This document shows positions 30,155 through 40,824 of a stretch of 64,000 nucleotides of DNA, piece by piece. How positions within the stretch are numbered: position 1 is the first letter of the stretch; each line of letters opens with the position of its first letter. The DNA lies in assembly GCA_052034235.1 (NCBI GenBank), contig JBPOIT010000013.1, forward strand, positions 3,257-67,256, written 5' to 3'. The notes below the pieces were generated by a model. That model was not told the origin of the DNA, did not search any database, and was given only the letters and a program-made list of their open reading frames with translations. This stretch comes from Candidatus Levyibacteriota bacterium (lineage in GTDB: Bacteria; Patescibacteriota; Microgenomatia; Levybacterales; UBA12049). Made by a program: the position numbers and the translations under genes.

Positions 30155-31207
30155 TTATTTGTTTATGACCTCATTGTATGTCTCAGCTGTCAATTCAGCT
30201 GTTTTTCGCCAGGTGAAATTTTTTGCCTGTTCCAAACCCTTTTCACTAAATTCTTTCTGTAGTTTTTCAGAGTGAAATACTTGGTTTAGTGCTTTTTCAA
30301 TGCTGGAAGCATCATATGCATCAACATATATCGCTGCATTTCCCGCGACTTCTTCAAGTGAACCTTCTTTTGTAGTAATCACAGGACACCCGGCCTGCAT
30401 TGCTTCGATAACAGGCAATCCAAATCCCTCGTATAAAGAAGGGAAAATAAAGACGGATGCCAAGTTATACAGCTGAACTAAATCTTCTGTTGGAACGAAT
30501 CCTAATCTTATGATATTTGATGATGTTTCTGCAAGTTTTTGTACTTTTACTAAATCACTATTCCAAGGATTCGTTGTATCAAAATCCTCTGAAAGTAAAG
30601 CCTTACCCACCATTACGAGAGGAATATCTGTGGCTATCGCTGATTGCATAAGCCTGGGTAGGTTTTTATTCCAGGTTACATCTCCTACATATAATGCAAA
30701 TTTTTCTGGAAGTCTATACTTTTTTCGTATGTCTTCTCTTTTCAATTCATGTGTATTAAGTTTTCTAAATGCTTCACCCGCAGCCAAATGAATAACAAAT
30801 ACTTTATTTTCAGGAATACCCGCAATGCTGACAACATCTCGTTTTGATGCATGTGAATCCGTAATTATGGCATCAACTCCACGCAAATGAAATTTTTGAA
30901 TCTGCCACTTAATAGCTCCTTTCAAACCCGTGGGGAAATGTTTTGGGAAGACAAGAGGAGTCAAATCGTGGACGGTTACAACTGTTTTATACTGCTTTTT
31001 GAAAGGTAGTGTTAAAAAAAATGGATCAAAATATGGATAATGAATAAGATCCATATCTTTGGGGAGCTCTTTTGATGTTATGAAAAAATTATATTGATTT
31101 TCAGGCAAGTATGTAACAAGCGCTTTTTTTAAATATTCGAGATAAAAACCAACACCGCGAACCTTGTGCCCTGATTGTAAAGGAGATATATCAATCGCAA
31201 TTTTCAT
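30155..31207 (-). CDS. GT4 family glycosyltransferase
   Basis: IAIDISPL... N-domain and C-terminal FPSLYEGFGLPVIEAMQAGCPVITT (EX7E). Confidence 0.8.
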   Translation of the reverse strand: MKIAIDISPLQSGHKVRGVGFYLEYLKKALVTYLPENQYNFFITSKELPKDMDLIHYPYFDPFFLTLPFKKQYKTVVTVHDLTPLVFPKHFPTGLKGAIKWQIQKFHLRGVDAIITDSHASKRDVVSIAGIPENKVFVIHLAAGEAFRKLNTHELKREDIRKKYRLPEKFALYVGDVTWNKNLPRLMQSAIATDIPLVMVGKALLSEDFDTTNPWNSDLVKVQKLAETSSNIIRLGFVPTEDLVQLYNLASVFIFPSLYEGFGLPVIEAMQAGCPVITTKEGSLEEVAGNAAIYVDAYDASSIEKALNQVFHSEKLQKEFSEKGLEQAKNFTWRKTAELTAETYNEVINK

Positions 31208-32370
31208 TTTTTATGTTTACCCCTTCGCATATAAATTGTACTTATTTGTACTACACCGTAAACGGACACGAGATACATAACCGGAAGAAGGATTACGATA
31301 TATCTTGCAGTTATTTGTCCAACACTAAAGAAAAGCAAATATACGATTGACCAAACAAGGAGAATTTCAACTTCAGGCTTTCTAGGAAGCTTTTTCATAA
31401 AGTATGCTATAAATGTAATGAGTGTTAGGGTTGTGGTAAGTGGCCACATAAATGTCCATTGGGCCTCTGAAAGAATTGGTTTATCCCCCCACCAAACATA
31501 CCATTGATTAAGATAGAGAAACGGCCAAATTGAAAATGGAAACATAAGCTGACTTTGATGATAGAGGTAAACATATTTTTGTATTCCTAAAAAACTTCGA
31601 ATATTTGGATCATCAAAGAGCACCCTGACATAAGAAAGTAGTAATACGAAAACAGAGAGTGGTGTTGTTGCCGTATATAGAAACAGTTTTCGTTTATTGA
31701 AATTAAGAAGTAAAACGATACCTGCAGCTGTGATAATTGTGACGCCGCTTACAAAAAATTTGGTAGCAATAAAACATCCTAATAAAATACTTGCTAAAAC
31801 AAAATTTTTTGCGTAATGCTTTTTCATAACCAGTGCTTTGTTGAAAAAATAAAAAGTTGGTAATAAAAACATAAGCTGCATTAGATCAAGGAGTGGAGTA
31901 AAAACAAATTGGTTCCTAAAGAGTGGCTCAAAACTAAGAAGCGCAGGAGGTACTAAGGCTAGAATTCTTGAAGAAAATAACTGCGTGCCAAGTAAATAGA
32001 AAAAAATCAAAGCAACGACGCCTACAATGATTGTTAATATATTCTCGTTGTTGAAAAGGTTCCCAAATATACCAATAAGATATCTACCAAGAGGTGGTGT
32101 ATCAACTGCTATGAGAATTGGACTAATTCCTTTTACATAAGCGACGCCTGCATAGGTATTTACTGCCTCATCAGGAATCCAGAATTTTGCATGTTTATTT
32201 GCATACTGTGAATCTTCGTAGGCAAATTTTAATGAAGCATAACGTTTATCAAGATCTCTTGAAATGTACTTTTCTTTTGCTGAAAAAACAGCCGTTCCTA
32301 TATTTACTACAGTAATCAGGATCAGCACAAAGGCTAAAAACGGTTTTATATATTGGCGGACAGTTTTCAT
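31204..32370 (-). CDS. GT39/PMT-like GT-C membrane glycosyltransferase (type B; paralog of 56543..57739)
   Basis: Loop-1 WIPDEAVNTYAG...DTPPLGRYLIG resembles the PMT DE and HPPLGK motifs. SFEPLF is shared with the paralog. Confidence 0.5.
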   Translation of the reverse strand: MKTVRQYIKPFLAFVLILITVVNIGTAVFSAKEKYISRDLDKRYASLKFAYEDSQYANKHAKFWIPDEAVNTYAGVAYVKGISPILIAVDTPPLGRYLIGIFGNLFNNENILTIIVGVVALIFFYLLGTQLFSSRILALVPPALLSFEPLFRNQFVFTPLLDLMQLMFLLPTFYFFNKALVMKKHYAKNFVLASILLGCFIATKFFVSGVTIITAAGIVLLLNFNKRKLFLYTATTPLSVFVLLLSYVRVLFDDPNIRSFLGIQKYVYLYHQSQLMFPFSIWPFLYLNQWYVWWGDKPILSEAQWTFMWPLTTTLTLITFIAYFMKKLPRKPEVEILLVWSIVYLLFFSVGQITARYIVILLPVMYLVSVYGVVQISTIYMRRGKHKK

Positions 32371-33344
32371 TTTGTAGCCTGTTTTTTATGCCATTCCCAT
32401 GCAGTTTTTATAATCGTTTCTAAATCTGAATATTTCGGAGTGAATCCAAGTTCCTGGTTTATTTTTGAAGAATCAGCAACTGTTTCCTGTACATCACCTG
32501 GTCGTCTCTCTTTGATATTAATTGGGAAATCTACACCTGAGATTTTTTTGACCATATCAAGTACTTCTTTATTGGTTGTACCCTTGCCTGTCCCAACATT
32601 ATAGATATATTCTCCGTTTTGCTCTTCAAGTTTTTTTAGAGTAAGGATATGTGCTTGGATAAGATCCAGAACATGAATGTAATCCCTTATACAAGATCCA
32701 TCTCTCGTTTCATAGTCTCCACCGTATAAAGTAAATTCAGTATTGCTAAGTGCTGCTTTAATCGCATTTGGAATCAGATGCGTCTCTGGATCGTGATCCT
32801 CTCCTGTACTGGCATCCAGTGCTGCTCCCGACGCATTAAAATAGCGAAGCACTGCTGAACCAATACCATGAATTTGATAATACCAATGAAGCACAGTCTC
32901 AACCATTAATTTACTTTCGGCATAAGGATTTTCAGGGTCTTTTGTATGGGTTTCAGGTATAGGATTTACTTTTGGTGTTCCGTAGACAGTGCCGGTTGAA
33001 GAGAAAATAAACTTCTTTGTTCCATGCTCTTTCATAGCTTCTAGAAGTGAAATCGTTGTAAACACATTATTGGAGAAATATGCTCCTGGTTGTTGCATTG
33101 ATTCGCCTACTGCAATATATGCAGCGAAATGCATAACACAGTCAAAAGGTTCAGCTGAAAAAAGGTCAGTAATGTATTCTTTATCCAGTAAATTGCCTTT
33201 TTTAAAAACTGCTCTTGAATCGACAAATTGTTCATGCCCGCGCTCAAGACTATCTGCAATGGTCACATTGTGTCCTTCGTCTAAAAGACGTTTAACCATG
33301 TTGCTTCCAATATATCCGGCACCACCTGTTACAAGAATATTCAT
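32367..33344 (-). CDS. galE: UDP-glucose 4-epimerase
   Basis: ILVTGGAGYIGSN, FSSTGTVYG, YAESK catalytic motif. 325 aa. Confidence 0.9.
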   Translation of the reverse strand: MNILVTGGAGYIGSNMVKRLLDEGHNVTIADSLERGHEQFVDSRAVFKKGNLLDKEYITDLFSAEPFDCVMHFAAYIAVGESMQQPGAYFSNNVFTTISLLEAMKEHGTKKFIFSSTGTVYGTPKVNPIPETHTKDPENPYAESKLMVETVLHWYYQIHGIGSAVLRYFNASGAALDASTGEDHDPETHLIPNAIKAALSNTEFTLYGGDYETRDGSCIRDYIHVLDLIQAHILTLKKLEEQNGEYIYNVGTGKGTTNKEVLDMVKKISGVDFPINIKERRPGDVQETVADSSKINQELGFTPKYSDLETIIKTAWEWHKKQATK

Positions 33345-33374
33345 AGGTATATTGTACCAGAAAAAGCAAAATAT

Positions 33375-34928
33375 TTATTCTTTTGATATTTGTGCTGAAC
33401 TGGTAACTTTGATTTGTTTCATTATTTTCGTACCATCCTGAATCATCCATGTTTTATCAGTTTTATATAGCGTAGGAGGCGTTCTGTAATTAATAAAATT
33501 TTGACTATTAATGTCACTTTTTTGAGGTGCAATTATATATACGAGATCTCCACTTGCTGGAGAACTACCAGGATCGAAAGGTACATCTTTTCCAGCTATC
33601 CAGCTAAAAAGATATGAGTAATCATATACGTAAATTGGTGGATTATAAGCATATACTTCATACGCTTTTTCTCGTGCATCTTTCTTAATAAGTTTTACAA
33701 TGTATTCTTTATTTGCAAGAGTTGGGCTTGATAATCTGTCATCTGTAAAAGATTGGATGATCGTTGGTAGTTGATGTAATAAACTGATTATTACCCATGC
33801 TGTGAGCATGAATTTAAAAAAACTACTTTTGCTTGCAATAAAACCTAGCAAAAACAAAAATAAAATTTCAACACCTATGAAATGATATCCCCACACGGGA
33901 TTTTTTGACGTAAGATAGAGAATTAGCATGGCTATAGTCACTGTTACGAGCAATAGGAGTAGTTTTTTGTCTGCAGTATTCAGTTGAAGTTTTTCTTGTT
34001 TTTTTTGGTTATACAGAAGTCCTAACCCAACCAACAATAGAACTACTGCAAATCCCAATGGTATTTTTAGCAAATTTGCGAGCGTGTTACCGAATTGTTC
34101 TAAAATTTGCAAGTCATTTAAACCCCGCACAAGCACAACCGATCCATTAGCTGTGAAGACATTAATGGCAGTTTGTATTTGATGAAACCCATGTCTTATT
34201 TCAAACAGGACAAATGGGACAAAGACGATAAATATACCGAAACAGTAAAGTAGCATGAGTAAGATACTATCCGTAAAGATCTGTTTTCTGCTTTTTTTAG
34301 TCTTTGAGAAAAAAGCGTTATAAATTATGTAATAAAATCCGACACCTGCAGCGACCGCAAGTCCGAAAGAAATATGAAAATTAATAATTAGACCTGAAAG
34401 TAAACCAACAAGAAAGATATCTATATTCTTCAGTTTTATCTTTAACGTATCTTTGGAGAGAGCAATAAGCGTAATAAGTAAACAAAACAGTAATGGTGCA
34501 GGAAATGGATTCCAAGGATTTGTCGCATATTGCATACCTGGTCCCAATATAAAAAGCAGCCAAAGAGAGCTGATTGTTACGAATCCAAATTGATTACGCC
34601 ACTTCCAAAGTAGTACTGGTAGTAGAATAAAATAAGGAATTGTCAAAGCAATAAAAATAACAATACGAGGGTCTTGCGAAAAGAGTAACCCGATACTTAA
34701 TAACCAGATCCAATATGGGCCGTAAAAAATCCCGGGGATCCCGGTTGTCGGGCCGATAAATGTTAATTTGTGTAGATTTTGTGTAGCAAGTATCAGATCA
34801 CGTGCTGGATCATACCAAAAAGCAAAACCACCACTGAAGACAATATTTATCGCTATTAATAGTGGAAGGACATATGCTGCTGCAATAAGAAAAAATTTTA
34901 GAAAATCTCGAGGAGATGTTGTTTTCAT
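33375..34928 (-). CDS. polytopic membrane protein, probable GT-C glycosyltransferase (type C; paralog of 9999..11576)
   Basis: 517 aa; shares WYDPARDLILA and FIGPTTGIPGIFYGPYWIWLL blocks with 9999..11576. Confidence 0.45.
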   Translation of the reverse strand: MKTTSPRDFLKFFLIAAAYVLPLLIAINIVFSGGFAFWYDPARDLILATQNLHKLTFIGPTTGIPGIFYGPYWIWLLSIGLLFSQDPRIVIFIALTIPYFILLPVLLWKWRNQFGFVTISSLWLLFILGPGMQYATNPWNPFPAPLLFCLLITLIALSKDTLKIKLKNIDIFLVGLLSGLIINFHISFGLAVAAGVGFYYIIYNAFFSKTKKSRKQIFTDSILLMLLYCFGIFIVFVPFVLFEIRHGFHQIQTAINVFTANGSVVLVRGLNDLQILEQFGNTLANLLKIPLGFAVVLLLVGLGLLYNQKKQEKLQLNTADKKLLLLLVTVTIAMLILYLTSKNPVWGYHFIGVEILFLFLLGFIASKSSFFKFMLTAWVIISLLHQLPTIIQSFTDDRLSSPTLANKEYIVKLIKKDAREKAYEVYAYNPPIYVYDYSYLFSWIAGKDVPFDPGSSPASGDLVYIIAPQKSDINSQNFINYRTPPTLYKTDKTWMIQDGTKIMKQIKVTSSAQISKE

Positions 34929-35773
34929 TTTAAACTTTTTATGTAAGAAATAGGAAATCTCAAAGATGAAAAAAATGAAAAAACAAAACCAGGCCAGCCA
35001 TCTTTATAACCTTTGTGTCTCACATAGGTCAGCCCAAACCACCAACCAGGCAACAATACGAGCTGCTTAACAGGAGTTAAGGGATTTACTTTTTGTTCTT
35101 TAAGCTCCGATGCAAGAAGATCTGTATATCGATTATTACGCTCAAGATAACGCTTAAATGTCGGTGAATCAACATGATAGAGATCATGTTCCAACCAACC
35201 GACTTTACCATCTACAGTCATTTGCTCATGAACGCTTTTACACGGTAGATAAGCTTTGCCTTTTCTAATCAATCTAATAACACCGTCAGGATAGACCCCA
35301 CCATATCTCATATAATGTCCCAAAAAGTAATTGAGTCGGGGAAGAAAAAAAGCAGCATAGTTACCATGTATAGTGCCAATATTACCGTCTCTTTTTTCTA
35401 ACAATTTTTGATGTCTGAGAAATAATTTTCTTTTTGGTAATGATTCCTGATACTTTTCAATTTCGTCATCTTTCATTTTTGTCAATTTGATAATTTCCTG
35501 ACCTAATTCCGGACTCACCCGTTCATCAGCATCTAATTGAAGAATCCATTCGTATTTTGCTAAATCAATAGCTTTTTGTTTGTTAATATGAAATATGGGG
35601 GGATTATCCGTTACGACAACACGCGCACCGAATTTTTTAGCTATGTCGACTGTATTATCAGTTGATGACCCATCAACAATGACAATATCATCAGTAATAT
35701 CTTTGACTGACGAGAGACATGCTTCAAGATTTTTACTTTCGTTAAATGTAGCGAGAACAACAGAAACAGCCAT
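34925..35773 (-). CDS. GT2 family glycosyltransferase (type D; paralogs at 48397..49149 and 50190..51110)
   Basis: VVLATFNESKNLEACLSSV...IVIVDGSSTDNT...LQLDADERVSPEL. Confidence 0.7.
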   Translation of the reverse strand: MAVSVVLATFNESKNLEACLSSVKDITDDIVIVDGSSTDNTVDIAKKFGARVVVTDNPPIFHINKQKAIDLAKYEWILQLDADERVSPELGQEIIKLTKMKDDEIEKYQESLPKRKLFLRHQKLLEKRDGNIGTIHGNYAAFFLPRLNYFLGHYMRYGGVYPDGVIRLIRKGKAYLPCKSVHEQMTVDGKVGWLEHDLYHVDSPTFKRYLERNNRYTDLLASELKEQKVNPLTPVKQLVLLPGWWFGLTYVRHKGYKDGWPGFVFSFFSSLRFPISYIKSLK

Positions 35774-37428
35774 TATTTTATACCTACAATGTTTATAGCA
35801 GGTTTCCCATCCAGATAATAGATAGTTTTCAATGGCTTCAAATCTTCTGGGAAATTGCCTGGTTCTCCAATAAGGAGTGTCTTAGAAAGGTTTTTATCAG
35901 TATCCCAATTAAGTCTTCTAAATTCATATTTTGCAAAATTATTTTTGAGTTTATCCTTTCGACTTTGAAAATCTTGTGGTGAAAATCTCAAATGATATAA
36001 AAAGAAAATATACGATTGATCCATCGGTGAAACATCAGAAATAATAATTTTATCGTATTCGCCTGAAACTTTATTTACTTCTGAAACCGTTTCAGCATAA
36101 CCATATTGCCACGATTTGGAGAAAAAATAATTCTGCTGAACAAAGTATTGATTAAGAAAATAAGATACATTAAAAACAATCATCCCGAAAAGGAACATAT
36201 AAAAAAGCACTCTAACACGATATTTCAGCATAAAGGCAATCGAACCAAGTAATCCGAACGCTGTGATGATTTGAAAAGTCGGCAAAAAATTAAGTGTCCG
36301 AACTGCATGCGGAACGTCTTTTGTAATTGAAGCCGGAATGGGCGCTATAAGAAGCCAAGCGAAAATAAAAAGTTTTGTATGTTTAGAAACATTGGCGAAA
36401 AGAAGCATATAGAAACCAATTAAAAGAAATGGCAGTTCCCAAAGATATAAAATTCCCATATTTGGCGCATGGTGCCTTTCTAAATCTCCGGTTATAAATA
36501 ACCAATTAAGATTAAAATGAGATGTATAGTTGAGGACAACTTCTTTCGCGTAGACAACTCGTCTGTTATGAATGAGTGTTCCTAAAAGATCATTATTCTC
36601 TTTATCATCCAGAAGCCTTTCTCGCTCCTGTATTATCATCGGTGTTTGTTCAGAGAAAACGCTAACCCCTTTAGCCCTCGCAAAAACTTGATCATCGATA
36701 AGTGACAACTGTACAAGCGGCAGCATCACAATAATTCCTACCATCACTGCACCAATAAGATATTTCTTCTGTAGCAAAATGAGCTTCTTCCAATAGATTA
36801 CAAATAACGCAGTCACAAGAAGCGGCACAAATACACGTTCGCTATGATATGCATACATACTCAGTGCGAAACATATAGCTGAACAAACAAGTAGCCATGG
36901 TTTTTTTAAACCTTTTAGAAAAAAGAGTGCACCGAAAATATTTAATGTCAACCCAATATTTGTTTCAAAAGCTACACGTGAGAATTGAATATGCCAAGGC
37001 GAAAAAGCAAGAAGTGCTGTCGTAACAAGAGGCATTGCAAAGAATATTGGTAGAGTTTTTTTGTTATTATTTTTAAGACTATAACTGAATAATTCTGAGA
37101 CAAGGAAATAGGTTCCTAGTAAAGCAAGAATTCCAAAGATTGCTGATGGTAATCGAACTGAGAACGTATCAAGTCCAAAAAGAGCAACTGACGGAATTGC
37201 CAAATACATATAAAGCGCAGGTTTATAATCCCCAAATGACTGGAGAATAATTGGCATGAACGCTCCATGTTCATCTCTACCGGTTTGTAAAACAGATAAT
37301 GCGTTATAGCCTAGTGCTGCTTCATCCCAATCAGGAGATGGCGGCACATTACCTAATTGCCATAATCTTAAAACTGCACCAATAGAAATGATGAGTGTCA
37401 ATAAAATTAATACGTATTTTCTTTTCAT
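35773..37428 (-). CDS. GT39/ArnT-like GT-C membrane glycosyltransferase (type E)
   Basis: LRLWQLGNVPPSPDWDEAALGYNA (DE motif) and AFSPWHIQFSRVAFE. 551 aa polytopic. Confidence 0.7.
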   Translation of the reverse strand: MKRKYVLILLTLIISIGAVLRLWQLGNVPPSPDWDEAALGYNALSVLQTGRDEHGAFMPIILQSFGDYKPALYMYLAIPSVALFGLDTFSVRLPSAIFGILALLGTYFLVSELFSYSLKNNNKKTLPIFFAMPLVTTALLAFSPWHIQFSRVAFETNIGLTLNIFGALFFLKGLKKPWLLVCSAICFALSMYAYHSERVFVPLLVTALFVIYWKKLILLQKKYLIGAVMVGIIVMLPLVQLSLIDDQVFARAKGVSVFSEQTPMIIQERERLLDDKENNDLLGTLIHNRRVVYAKEVVLNYTSHFNLNWLFITGDLERHHAPNMGILYLWELPFLLIGFYMLLFANVSKHTKLFIFAWLLIAPIPASITKDVPHAVRTLNFLPTFQIITAFGLLGSIAFMLKYRVRVLFYMFLFGMIVFNVSYFLNQYFVQQNYFFSKSWQYGYAETVSEVNKVSGEYDKIIISDVSPMDQSYIFFLYHLRFSPQDFQSRKDKLKNNFAKYEFRRLNWDTDKNLSKTLLIGEPGNFPEDLKPLKTIYYLDGKPAINIVGIK

Positions 37429-37431
37429 AAG

Positions 37432-39135
37432 TTACCTTGTATAAATTGTAATGTATTCGTCGCCGTTTACTAAATGAAACTTCTTTAATACTTTCACACC
37501 TACTGGTACATCTTTACTGCTTGAGAGATAAAGTGTTTTTTGACCGTTTGTCGGAAGATCTTCAACTTTGTAGGTAAAATAAAATTTATCATAGCTGTCA
37601 ATATGCATAAATCCAAAATCGTTCCCCCGTATTTTTGCTTGTTCCCTAAATTTACGAGGGTCATACTTCTGATAAAACAGCGTGTATATGTATCCTCGTT
37701 CAAGTGTATCTGCGATATGTATTCGCTGATATGAATCTTTATGTGCGTTGAGATACTGGACAGCCTCCTTATACGTATATTGCCATTGCAGCGAATATTC
37801 TTTTGAATAATGTGTGTAATACCCGTGCAGGTAATAAATTAAAAATAATGTAATAGTTGCAGCGAGTAAACTATAAGCAAAGACCTTATATCGTTTTAAT
37901 GATAATAAAAATACCGTTAACCCGTAAGCTGAAAATATTTGCCAGGTAGGAAGTGTTGATTCAATTCTAAGCGCGTGAGGTGTTTCACGAGCAACAGCTG
38001 CGGGGATGATGCCAATAAGAAGCCAAAGAGGTATCAGCCACCATTTACCTTTTCTTTGTCTAAAAAGAAACACCATCCCGACAAAAAAGAATGGCAATTC
38101 CCATAAGTAGAGCTGCCCAACATCTTTAGTTGAGAATTTAGGATTCCCATCACCTTGAATAAAAAGAAAATTAGGATTGAAATGGTCAAAATAATGTTTA
38201 AAAAACTCGTTTGTATAAATAACCCTGCGATTATGAATGATATTAGACCACCAAGCATTATTATCATTTACCTGCTGCTGATTAGAAGTTTCGACAAGTG
38301 ATACATCAGAAAAGAAATTCACCTCTTCAAATCTGAGTTTTGCCTGCGGGGCTAAGAGATGTGGAACTAAAGGAGCTAAAGCAATGATACCCACAACTGC
38401 CGCTGTAACTGTTTGTTTTTTCAAAGCCCACAAGGATTTAAAATGTACACTCGCTAGCAGCAAAAACAAAAGTGGTGCGACTACTCTCGTGCTATTAAAT
38501 GTGTAAATTGAAGCGACGAAACAAAGAACTGACAGCACAAGAAGATAAGGCTTTTTCCTAATAGAGAAAAGAAAAAGCCAAACGCCGCTTATTATAAAAA
38601 AAGAGGAAACATTTGCTTCAAATGCTGCTCTTGAAAGCATCATATGCCAGGGGGAAATTGCAAGCAATAACGTTGTGAGAAGTGCAACATATTCAGAGAA
38701 AATTTTTGTCTTTGCATCTTTTTTCTCATCACTTCTAAATATTTCCTTTACGAGAAAATACGAAATAAGCACGGTAATGGTGCCAAAAAAAGCCGAGGGA
38801 AATCTGACTGCAAATTCTGTTAGTCCAAAAAGCATTATCGGTAACACTGATAGGTAGACGTATACCGGCGGTTTATAATCTCCAAAGGAAAGGAAATATT
38901 CATAGGGTAAAAATTTTCCAAATTCATCTCTCCCATCGATACTTATGGAATAAGCATTGTAACCCAATGCAACTTCATCCCACGTTAATGCAATTGGATT
39001 CGCACCGAGTTGATAAAAGCGTAAGATTCCAGCCAAAAGAACAATAATAAATAGAAGGAATTTTTTATTTTTGAGAAGACTTTGTAACATGATTGTTAGT
39101 GTAATTATATAAGAGACTATATGTCTATTCAACAA
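37432..39135 (-). CDS. GT39/ArnT-like GT-C membrane glycosyltransferase (type E, tandem paralog)
   Basis: LRFYQLGANPIALTWDEVALGYNA and AISPWHMMLSRAAFE. 567 aa. Confidence 0.7.
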   Translation of the reverse strand: MLNRHIVSYIITLTIMLQSLLKNKKFLLFIIVLLAGILRFYQLGANPIALTWDEVALGYNAYSISIDGRDEFGKFLPYEYFLSFGDYKPPVYVYLSVLPIMLFGLTEFAVRFPSAFFGTITVLISYFLVKEIFRSDEKKDAKTKIFSEYVALLTTLLLAISPWHMMLSRAAFEANVSSFFIISGVWLFLFSIRKKPYLLVLSVLCFVASIYTFNSTRVVAPLLFLLLASVHFKSLWALKKQTVTAAVVGIIALAPLVPHLLAPQAKLRFEEVNFFSDVSLVETSNQQQVNDNNAWWSNIIHNRRVIYTNEFFKHYFDHFNPNFLFIQGDGNPKFSTKDVGQLYLWELPFFFVGMVFLFRQRKGKWWLIPLWLLIGIIPAAVARETPHALRIESTLPTWQIFSAYGLTVFLLSLKRYKVFAYSLLAATITLFLIYYLHGYYTHYSKEYSLQWQYTYKEAVQYLNAHKDSYQRIHIADTLERGYIYTLFYQKYDPRKFREQAKIRGNDFGFMHIDSYDKFYFTYKVEDLPTNGQKTLYLSSSKDVPVGVKVLKKFHLVNGDEYITIYTR

Positions 39136-39835
39136 ATCTATATTTTATGAGCGTCCAGAGGGCCTTTGGACCATCAGTCAAACCGTTAATTTTTTTTCCT
39201 TCATTATAGCCTCGTGGGTTTGTCGAAATTTTCACTTCGGCTATTTTATAGCCTTTTTTTAACAATTTTGCAGTGATTTCTGGTTCAAATTCAAATCCTC
39301 TAGCATGCAGCACTGTTCCATGTAGAGCTTTTTTTGGGAAAAGTTTATAACAGCATTCCATATCAGTAATCCAATGAGAATATAAAATACTTGTTACAAG
39401 GCTTAAGAATTTATTTCCCATATAATGCGAAAAAAATTGAAAAGTACGCTCATCTCGCGTAAAATCCGGAAGCCTATTCAAACGCGTGCCATAGACAATT
39501 TCTGCTTTCTTTTCACGAATTGGATTGAGGAGGTTATCAATGTCTGCTGGATCGTATTCTAAATCAGCATCCTGAATAACAATGTAATCACCTGTTGCAT
39601 ATTTTATGCCTGTACGAACGGCAGCTCCTTTCCCCTGGTTTTTTTTATGAACGTATAGTTTTAGACCAGGAATTTCAGTAGCAGTGATTTTTTTAACAGA
39701 TTTATCAGTTGAACCATCATCAACGACAATTATCTCTTTTGTTATTCCTTTAAATTTTACATCTGCAACTTTTTTTAGAACTTGTGCAACTGTTTTTTCT
39801 TCATTAAAAACAGGCATTACAATTGATAGCTTCAT
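39125..39835 (-). CDS. soluble polyprenol-phosphate sugar synthase (GT2, DPM1-like)
   Basis: IVMPVFNEE...IIVVDDGSTD...IQDADLEYDP...VYGTRL; no TM segment. Confidence 0.75.
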   Translation of the reverse strand: MKLSIVMPVFNEEKTVAQVLKKVADVKFKGITKEIIVVDDGSTDKSVKKITATEIPGLKLYVHKKNQGKGAAVRTGIKYATGDYIVIQDADLEYDPADIDNLLNPIREKKAEIVYGTRLNRLPDFTRDERTFQFFSHYMGNKFLSLVTSILYSHWITDMECCYKLFPKKALHGTVLHARGFEFEPEITAKLLKKGYKIAEVKISTNPRGYNEGKKINGLTDGPKALWTLIKYRFVE

Positions 39836-40785
39836 GAAGTATATTTTCTCAGAATGTCAGAGTCCTTTCTAACTGAAATTTTTCTAGCTTTCTCCCTTGA
39901 CTGCTTTACCTGAGATAGCATTCCCAATGCCTCCCAAAAACCAGCCATAAATATCCAATCTCTTGCTAATAAAGCCTTTAAGAAATGATATGGTAGCCAA
40001 AGGATATGAGAAATGAGTAACCCCTGCTGCGTTATATTTTTCCAAATAAAGATAAATTGATTTCGAAAAACTATTTTACGAACCTGAGCTGATTTAAATT
40101 TAGTTTTTATTGCACCTTTCTCATGTTCATGCCTCACGACACTTTCAGGTTCAAATACTAATCGGTAGCCAGCTTTCAAAGCTCTATATGACAGATCTAT
40201 ATCCTCCCAATAAAATGGATTATATAATGGATCAAGTCCACCAAGTCGATCCCACATATTCTTTCTAAACGCCCCACTTCCTCCGCTTACCCATAATGTA
40301 GTATTTTTATCGTTGTCTCCTTTACTATGCATGAGAAATCCTCGCTGCCATTTACCAATTCCTCTACCTCTGAGAACGGTTTTACCGTCCTCAATGCTTT
40401 CGTCCATACAACCTACTGCAAAAACGATACCATCGTCGAAATGTTTCAGAAGCGGTGTGAGAAAATCTTTATGTGGAGCGACATCTGAATTAAGTAAAAT
40501 CAAAATATCACCGTTAGCAAGTGTAACTCCTCTATTTACATTTTTAGAAAAACCTCCTTCTTTTTTAACCGTATTTGAGATTGTTTTACCAATGACATGT
40601 TTTTCTTTGATACCTGCGATGAAAGCTGCTATTACTTGTTTTGAATTATCGGTTGAAGGATCGTCGGGGATAATAATTTCGACTTTACCATTTTTATAAT
40701 TTTTCACTGATTCCAATACCTTTGGTAAATTCTTTTTAAGAATTTCTGCACCATTGTAATTTGGAATGATGATACTAATGTTCAT
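39832..40785 (-). CDS. GT2 family glycosyltransferase (WbbL/rhamnosyltransferase-like)
   Basis: ISIIIPNYNGAEIL...ILLNSDVAP...WVSGGSGAFRKNMWDRLGGLDPLYNPFYWEDIDLSYR. Confidence 0.7.
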   Translation of the reverse strand: MNISIIIPNYNGAEILKKNLPKVLESVKNYKNGKVEIIIPDDPSTDNSKQVIAAFIAGIKEKHVIGKTISNTVKKEGGFSKNVNRGVTLANGDILILLNSDVAPHKDFLTPLLKHFDDGIVFAVGCMDESIEDGKTVLRGRGIGKWQRGFLMHSKGDNDKNTTLWVSGGSGAFRKNMWDRLGGLDPLYNPFYWEDIDLSYRALKAGYRLVFEPESVVRHEHEKGAIKTKFKSAQVRKIVFRNQFIFIWKNITQQGLLISHILWLPYHFLKALLARDWIFMAGFWEALGMLSQVKQSREKARKISVRKDSDILRKYTS

Positions 40786-40824
40786 TATGATTATTATAGC
40801 AGGCTGTTATAAAATTCGATACGA